Virus record (IMG/VR): IMGVR_UViG_3300025520_000002
Origin: a virus
Length of the DNA: 57,319 nt
Strand: one strand, 5' to 3'
A program made the translations under genes and the position numbers. Numbering within the stretch: position 1 is the first letter of the stretch; each line of letters begins with the position of its first letter. Positions 51,944 to 57,319 of the stretch are shown one piece after another. Under the pieces are notes generated by a model. The model was not told where the DNA came from, made no database searches, and saw nothing but the letters and a program-made list of their open reading frames with translations.

Positions 51944-54900
51944 ATGGACGCGCAGGCGTTTCTGAGGCTTATCGTCCCTGCCGAAGGGATCAAATATCTC
52001 GGCATCAGTACTCAGGGCGGACGACCGGCGCACTACGCGTACGACTACTTTGACCCGATGGCTGAGGCCGCGGTGCAGTTCAACCGTCAGCGCAAGGACG
52101 TCTACTTCGCGCTGGCTAGCTACAAGCCACCGGTACAAGCGGTCGACCGTGAGAACCGCCTTGTTTTTCACCTGGACGGCCAGCCCAAGATGCTCAAGCG
52201 TACGGCCGGGCTGGCTCTCAAGGTCAAGGCGTTCTGGGCAGACTTGGACTGTGGGGACGGCAAGCCGTACGCGACACAGACAGAAGCCATCGACGACGTC
52301 GCTCGGTTCGTATCCGAATCCGGGGCGCCCACACCCCTGCTGGTGAACTCTGGCGGTGGCGTGCATGCGTACTGGCCTATTGACCAGGCTGTCCCTGCCG
52401 CGACGTGGCAGGCGTGGGCGAAGTACTGGCGTACGGTCCTCCACCACTACAAGGTGAAGTCCGACCCTGCACGCGACATGGACGTGGCGAGCATTCTTCG
52501 CGTGCCCGACACAGGGAACTACAAGCGCGAAGTAGTGCGCCCCGTCGCCATCCTGCAGGAGGCCGAGGCAACGGCGGGCCGTGAGTTCTTCACGTGGCTC
52601 TCTGCCCAGGCCAAGCTCGCCAAACCCGCTGTAGAAACTGCCACCAAGGGCGCGCTCGGCGCGATCCCCGAGTGGCTGAAGACTGACGACGCGGACAACG
52701 CCGACCTGACCGGGCATACCGATGCCCTGAAGTCGAGCGCGGTCGAAGCGTCCAAGCACTGCGCACAGCTGCGCCTCGTTGCCTCGTTGAAGGGTGACGT
52801 CGATGAGCCGGTGTGGCGCGCCATGCTTGGCGTCGTCAAGCACTCCTCTGAGGGGGATGCGCTGGCGCACGAGTGGAGTACAGGACACCCCGAGTACGAC
52901 GAGGGCCAGACCCAGGACAAGCTGGACCGCTGGACCGCTGGACCGTCCACATGCGTGCACTTCCAGAACATCAACCCGTCGGAGTGCGAGAGCTGTCCGC
53001 ATAAGGGCAAGGTCACATCGCCTATACAACTCGGCGTCACCTTCGTCGAAAAGCAGGTCATCAACGTCACCGTTGCTGTCGACACGGACACGGAAGAAGG
53101 TGTGCAGGTCCAGACCCAGGAGGTGGTGCTGCCGCCGGGGTACGTATGGGATGCGGGTAAGTCACTGCTCTGCAAGCAGACGCGCGGGGATGACGGCGTG
53201 GTGGACAACGTGCCATTCAGCCGATCGCTGTTCTACGCGACAACACGGGTCCGGGCACTAGACGGCACGTACCAGATCCGCCTGCGCTCGCATCACGAAC
53301 GCGGCGTGCGTGAGTTCTCCGTCCCGACAGCGGAAGTGTCTGTCTGCAATGAATCATTTCTGAAGGCGTTGGGGGCACGCGAGGTATTCACGTACGCCAC
53401 CAACGAAAAGGTCAAAGGCATGCTCCGAAACTACCTGTTCGATGAGGTACGCCGGTGTGAGCGCGCCGGGAACGAGGTGGTCACATTCGATCAGTTCGGC
53501 TGGCACGACGACGGTAGGTCCTTCCTCCTCGGCAACAAGCTGTTCCGCAAGGACCCAGGGGAATCGACTGAGGTGCTGCCCTCCGAGGGACTGAAGGCCC
53601 ACAAGGAGATCGGTGCCGACGCCAACGCCAGTTCCAAGCTCTGGGCCGAGGCAGTGAACTCCGTCTATGGCACGACGGGCGCTGAGCCCCTGCAGTACGC
53701 CATCGCTGCATCGTTTGGTTCTCCGTTGTCCGACCTGTTCGGTGATGACTACCACGGCGCAGCGGTATGTCTCTCCGGTGTGAAGTCCGGCCAGGGCAAA
53801 ACGACCGCGTGCTGGACTGGCCTGTCAGTGTGGGGCAAGCCGAGCCAGATGATGTACTCCAACCGTGAAGGCTCCACCTTCAACGCGCGGATTGCACGGC
53901 ATGGGCGCTACAAGAACATCCCCGTGCTGCATGACGAGCTGTCCATGTTCACGCCTGATGAGGCGATGGGACTGCTGTACGCAATGGCCAACGGCCGTGG
54001 CCGCGCGCGCCTGGACCAGAGCGGCGAGAACGAGCGGGAGCCCCGTCGCTGGAAGATGGCAGGGTACGTCACCACCAATCGCCCCCTGAACGATCTGGTC
54101 GCTAACGCGAAGGGCGGCTTGATGGCAACCGTGGTGCGCAACTTCGAGATCAACCTCGACGACTACGTTATTCCGCGGGTGGAGATCGAGCCCATGCGTG
54201 CGGCACGCGAAGTGATCGAGGCCAACTGCGGGGCCGCCGGCGAGGTGTTCGCTCAGTACATCGTCACTCACCGGGAGACGATCAAGCAGGTCATTCGGGA
54301 GATGTCTGACCGGATCGTGGCGCGCCTCCCCGTCTTGGCCAACGATACGCGCTTCCGCCTGTACCGCATGCACCTCGAAGCCACCCTCACCGGTGCGCTC
54401 CTGGCGAACAAGCTCGGGCTGCTTAAGTTCGACATGAAGCGTCTGATGGCTTGGGCACTGGCCCACACGGAGAAGCTCTGCGTATTCGCGGACGAGGTGG
54501 AGGAGGAGCAGAACTCCACGCCTGTCGAGCGGATGTTCTCCGATCTGATGAGTAGAACCATCATCACTGAGGGGTACCGCGACAGCCGATGCAAGGAGGG
54601 GCCGGAGCGTCCGCTTCAGATCCCGCGAGAAGCCCCGGTGGCTCGGTTCGTCATTGGCCTCCCGAACATGGGGGCAGGCGCCTGGGCCGCGCGGAAGTTA
54701 GTCGTCACCGTATCGGCCGTGCGTGAGTGGGCGGCTGCAAACCGTATGACCAAGAACAAGCTGCTGCAGGCGGCGCGGGAGGGCGGTTACTACGACGGAA
54801 GTGAGGCGGCGCGCATGGTCCTCACCCGCGGGACCACGCTACCTGGCGGCCAGGAGCGCTGCTACATCTTTGACCTCGCCAACGCGGATACCACCCGCGC

Positions 54901-54946
54901 CTTGGCCGCTATCCAGAAGGGAGATGACGATGATACCGGCGACTAA
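51944..54946 (+). CDS. Bifunctional primase-polymerase / PriCT-2 / SF3 (D5-like) helicase (1000 aa)
   Basis: Prim-pol motifs FWADLDCG and VNSGGGVHAYWPI; Walker A SGVKSGQGKTT; Walker B-like PVLHDEL. Confidence 0.85.
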   Translation: MDAQAFLRLIVPAEGIKYLGISTQGGRPAHYAYDYFDPMAEAAVQFNRQRKDVYFALASYKPPVQAVDRENRLVFHLDGQPKMLKRTAGLALKVKAFWADLDCGDGKPYATQTEAIDDVARFVSESGAPTPLLVNSGGGVHAYWPIDQAVPAATWQAWAKYWRTVLHHYKVKSDPARDMDVASILRVPDTGNYKREVVRPVAILQEAEATAGREFFTWLSAQAKLAKPAVETATKGALGAIPEWLKTDDADNADLTGHTDALKSSAVEASKHCAQLRLVASLKGDVDEPVWRAMLGVVKHSSEGDALAHEWSTGHPEYDEGQTQDKLDRWTAGPSTCVHFQNINPSECESCPHKGKVTSPIQLGVTFVEKQVINVTVAVDTDTEEGVQVQTQEVVLPPGYVWDAGKSLLCKQTRGDDGVVDNVPFSRSLFYATTRVRALDGTYQIRLRSHHERGVREFSVPTAEVSVCNESFLKALGAREVFTYATNEKVKGMLRNYLFDEVRRCERAGNEVVTFDQFGWHDDGRSFLLGNKLFRKDPGESTEVLPSEGLKAHKEIGADANASSKLWAEAVNSVYGTTGAEPLQYAIAASFGSPLSDLFGDDYHGAAVCLSGVKSGQGKTTACWTGLSVWGKPSQMMYSNREGSTFNARIARHGRYKNIPVLHDELSMFTPDEAMGLLYAMANGRGRARLDQSGENEREPRRWKMAGYVTTNRPLNDLVANAKGGLMATVVRNFEINLDDYVIPRVEIEPMRAAREVIEANCGAAGEVFAQYIVTHRETIKQVIREMSDRIVARLPVLANDTRFRLYRMHLEATLTGALLANKLGLLKFDMKRLMAWALAHTEKLCVFADEVEEEQNSTPVERMFSDLMSRTIITEGYRDSRCKEGPERPLQIPREAPVARFVIGLPNMGAGAWAARKLVVTVSAVREWAAANRMTKNKLLQAAREGGYYDGSEAARMVLTRGTTLPGGQERCYIFDLANADTTRALAAIQKGDDDDTGD

Positions 54947-55313
54947 CCAGCCGACGGCGCATTACTGCGCCAAGCACGACTACGCGCAACACCCTGGGGA
55001 CCTCCCCTGCCCCCAGTGCTCCGAGGAGCGCTTGGACCGAGCGCTGCGTAATGCACAAGGGGCGGAGACAGTCAAGCCTCCATCTGCGCTGAGCACCCAG
55101 GAAGGCGGCGACCACTACAAGAAGCTTGGTCAGTACCAGCCGTGGGAGGTGCTCGCGCGCTGGCTCACGCCGGAAGAACTGAAAGGCTTTGCCAAGGGCA
55201 CCGTCGTCGCCTATCTGGCCAGAGAAGAGGACAAGGGCGGACGCCTGGACATCAAGAAGGCCATGCACACCCTCCAGATCTACCTTGAATTGACCGAGGA
55301 GAACGAGCAGTGA
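54924..55313 (+). CDS. DUF3310-like phage protein (129 aa)
   Basis: QEGGDHYKKLGQYQPWEV...GTVVAYLAREEDKGG...KKAMHTLQIY; internal ATG with RBS AGAAGGGAG. Confidence 0.55.
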   Translation: MTMIPATNQPTAHYCAKHDYAQHPGDLPCPQCSEERLDRALRNAQGAETVKPPSALSTQEGGDHYKKLGQYQPWEVLARWLTPEELKGFAKGTVVAYLAREEDKGGRLDIKKAMHTLQIYLELTEENEQ

Positions 55314-55891
55314 CGCACCACATCATGCTGGACCTGGAGACGATGGGCAAAGGCCCCGAAGCCGCAATCGTCTCAATCGGCGCCGTCGAAGTGCTGGTGG
55401 ATGATGGCTACATCGGTCGGGAGTTCTACGCACCGGTGGATCTGCAGTCAGCGATGGACACCGGCGCCAAGGTGGATGCCAGCACCATCATGTGGTGGCT
55501 CAAGCAGAGTGACGCGGCCCGCGCCGCGCTTGACGTTGGCAACCTGCCGCTGCATCAGACGAGCATCCACATGGTGCTCGACGGCTTGTCCAGCTGGTTC
55601 CGCTCCATCGACCTGGACAAGGACTCGTTCGTTGTCTGGGGCAACGGCGCTACGTTTGACAACGTCATCCTGGCCTCAGCATACCGCAATGATCGACTGC
55701 TCCCCCTCCCTTGGGGCCACCGCGGTGACCGCTGCTACCGCACGTTGAAGAACCTGTTCCCCCACATCAAGTGCCCCGATGTCGGAGTCAAGCACCACGC
55801 ACTCGACGACGCCAAGGCGCAGGGACTGCATCTCATTGAACTGCTGAGAGCCGCGCGGGGGGATGTCTCGCAGCGGTTCGCCGCCTCCTGA
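55310..55891 (+). CDS. DnaQ-like 3'-5' exonuclease (193 aa, GTG start)
   Basis: DEDDh motifs IMLDLETMG, WGNGATFDNVIL and HHALDDA. Confidence 0.8.
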   Translation: MTHHIMLDLETMGKGPEAAIVSIGAVEVLVDDGYIGREFYAPVDLQSAMDTGAKVDASTIMWWLKQSDAARAALDVGNLPLHQTSIHMVLDGLSSWFRSIDLDKDSFVVWGNGATFDNVILASAYRNDRLLPLPWGHRGDRCYRTLKNLFPHIKCPDVGVKHHALDDAKAQGLHLIELLRAARGDVSQRFAAS

Positions 55892-55915
55892 CCAGCAGGG
55901 CGCAAAAGCACCCCC

Positions 55916-56203
55916 ATGTCAGCAAGGTTCGTGACCATCGCCAAGTTCTCTGCCGAGTCGGGATATACGGAGGACGCGATTCGCACTAAGATCCGCGACG
56001 GTGTGTGGATCGAGGGCGAGGTGTGGCGGTACGCACCTGATGGCCGCATCCTTGTGGACATGGAGGGGTACGACAAGTGGGTCATGAGCGGAAGTACGAA
56101 GGCGTTCGCCCCGGTTCGGGGTCGTCGATCGAGATCGACTTTCGCTACAACGAGCGCCGCTGCAAAGAGCGCCTCCCCCTTGAGCCCACCCCCGCTAATC
56201 TAA
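55916..56203 (+). CDS. xis: Excisionase-like DNA-binding protein (up to 95 aa; the C-terminal tail overlaps int)
   Basis: FVTIAKFSAESGYTEDAIRTKIRDGVWIEGEVWRYAPDGRILVDMEGYDKWV resembles Xis/AlpA-type winged helix; directly upstream of int. Confidence 0.55.
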   Translation: MSARFVTIAKFSAESGYTEDAIRTKIRDGVWIEGEVWRYAPDGRILVDMEGYDKWVMSGSTKAFAPVRGRRSRSTFATTSAAAKSASPLSPPPLI

Positions 56204-57273
56204 AGCGGGCAGCTCTCCATCGCGCCGCCGTCCTGGCGGCCATACGTGACGGGTCGTTCGACTACGCCACGACATTCCCCAAATCAAAGAACGCACAGCG
56301 GTTTTCACTGCGGCCGCAGGGCGACAACGGCTACACAGTGGCGCCCTACCTCGACAGCTGGATCAAAGCCAAGGCGCTGGAACTCAAGTCCAGCACGCTG
56401 CGTGGCTACGAGAAGGTGATCAACCGGTACTGGATACCAACCATCGGCAAGGATCGGCTGGCAGACCTTCGGCGCCCGCGGATCAAGGAAGTGTGCGCCG
56501 GGCTGGATGTCACCAACAAGACACTGGCCAACGCACAGAGCGTGCTGCGCGCGGCCCTCGACGACGCGGTTGAGAACGAGCTGCTGGACGCGAACCCTCT
56601 GGCCAACTGGACCTACGCGAAAGCCGGTGCAGTCCAAGAGGACGATGATATCGACCCCTTCACGGCCGCCGAGCAGCGCGCGATCTTAAGCGGGCTCGCC
56701 GGTCACGCAAAGAACCTGGTGCAGACAGCGCTCTGGACCGGCATGCGCACCAGTGAACTGGTGGCGTTGGAGTGGCGGGACGTCGACTTCGTGGCCGGTT
56801 TGATCCGCGTACGCCGCATCCGGACACAGCACTCCAAGAGCCCAGAGCCACCGAAGACGAAGGCCGGCCGGCGCGACATCAAGATGTTGCCGCCGGCGCG
56901 CGGGGCGCTGCAGGCCCAGTACGAACTCACCGGGCACCAAGAGGTGGTGTTCTTCAACCCTGCGTACGGAGAACCCTGGACCGGCGACCAGGCCATCCGC
57001 AAGACGATGTGGCAGCCGGCTCTTGAGCGAGCGAAGGTACGGTACCGCTACCCCTACCAGACTCGGCACACCTACGCCTCGATGATGCTCTCCGCCGGCG
57101 AGCACCCGATGTGGGTCGCGCAGCAGATGGGCCATGCTGACTGGGGGGTGATCCGCAGAGTGTATGGGCGCTTCATGCCGGAGGCAGCCCCCGACGCCGG
57201 GGACCGGGCGTGCAGGATGTTCTGGGTGAACGGTCAACAAATGGTCAACATCGGAGAAAACGCGGCGTCCTGA
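56077..57273 (+). CDS. int: Tyrosine integrase (398 aa, GTG start)
   Basis: N-terminal arm-binding-like SSIEIDFRYNERRCKERL. Catalytic residues in GMRTSEL (R), RHTYAS (H-x-x-R region) and HADWGVIRRVYGRF (H...Y). Followed by the tRNA-fragment core. Confidence 0.9.
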   Translation: MGHERKYEGVRPGSGSSIEIDFRYNERRCKERLPLEPTPANLKRAALHRAAVLAAIRDGSFDYATTFPKSKNAQRFSLRPQGDNGYTVAPYLDSWIKAKALELKSSTLRGYEKVINRYWIPTIGKDRLADLRRPRIKEVCAGLDVTNKTLANAQSVLRAALDDAVENELLDANPLANWTYAKAGAVQEDDDIDPFTAAEQRAILSGLAGHAKNLVQTALWTGMRTSELVALEWRDVDFVAGLIRVRRIRTQHSKSPEPPKTKAGRRDIKMLPPARGALQAQYELTGHQEVVFFNPAYGEPWTGDQAIRKTMWQPALERAKVRYRYPYQTRHTYASMMLSAGEHPMWVAQQMGHADWGVIRRVYGRFMPEAAPDAGDRACRMFWVNGQQMVNIGENAAS

Positions 57274-57319
57274 CGCCGTTTTCCGCGGGTTCGATTCCCG
57301 CCGCCTCCACCACCATATC
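57193..57319. repeat. Right copy of the 127-bp terminal direct repeat
   Basis: Identical to 1..127. Confidence 0.95.

Noticed and set aside
56077-56203. The xis/int overlap as a programmed frameshift or fusion
   Set aside because: There is no slippery heptamer, and int has its own GTG start with a conserved N-terminal arm-binding sequence. The Xis tail beyond ~56090 is probably incidental read-on to the first stop.
57285-57312. A complete tRNA gene next to int
   Set aside because: Only the T-arm, the acceptor 3' strand and CCA are present. The upstream sequence is the int terminator hairpin, not D or anticodon arms.
1-57319. Search for CRISPR arrays, reverse transcriptase (DGR or retron), toxin-antitoxin pairs, methyltransferases, single-subunit or multi-subunit RNA polymerase, and sigma factors
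   Set aside because: I saw no spaced direct repeats, YxDD motifs, SAM-binding motifs, DxDGD or T7-RNAP-type motifs, or sigma region 2/4 patterns when reading the translations. Absence by eye is weak evidence and needs profile searches.

Overview
The first and last 127 bp are identical (1..127 = 57193..57319), so the window is one complete, circularly closed copy of a GC-rich temperate dsDNA phage with a unit length of 57,192 bp. The gene content looks podovirus-like. There are two divergent arms. (1) A leftward late/structural operon runs from 26232 down to 236. In order it encodes a terS-like protein, an HslV-like Ntn peptidase, TerL, a 1058-aa esterase/fibre/adaptor fusion, portal, scaffold, major capsid, tail and cell-wall genes, ejection-type proteins, and a 2013-aa PLxRFG giant protein. 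(2) A rightward early arm runs from 26828 to 57273. It starts with many small orphan genes in tightly coupled arrays, then an 878-aa orphan, an M28-like peptidase and dUTPase. It continues with a replication module: family-A DNA polymerase, Cas4-like nuclease, VRR-NUC, an SNF2 helicase split by a 333-aa intein, prim-pol/SF3 helicase and a DnaQ-like exonuclease. It ends with xis-int and an attP built on a tRNA 3' fragment. The arms are separated by about 1.7 kb of mostly non-coding control DNA (26233..28074). Items most worth follow-up: (a) a CTGCTAACAC-family motif, always in the sense orientation, at gene boundaries on both arms; it could be stoperator-like or a new promoter class. (b) A non-coding leader with an intrinsic terminator about 30 nt before the first late gene. 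(c) An AT-rich island with inverted repeats and AGACGTCT boxes. (d) A phage HslV homologue inside the packaging module. (e) Repeated coupling-junction cassettes in two small-gene arrays. All functional calls come from motif reading by eye; no database search was run.
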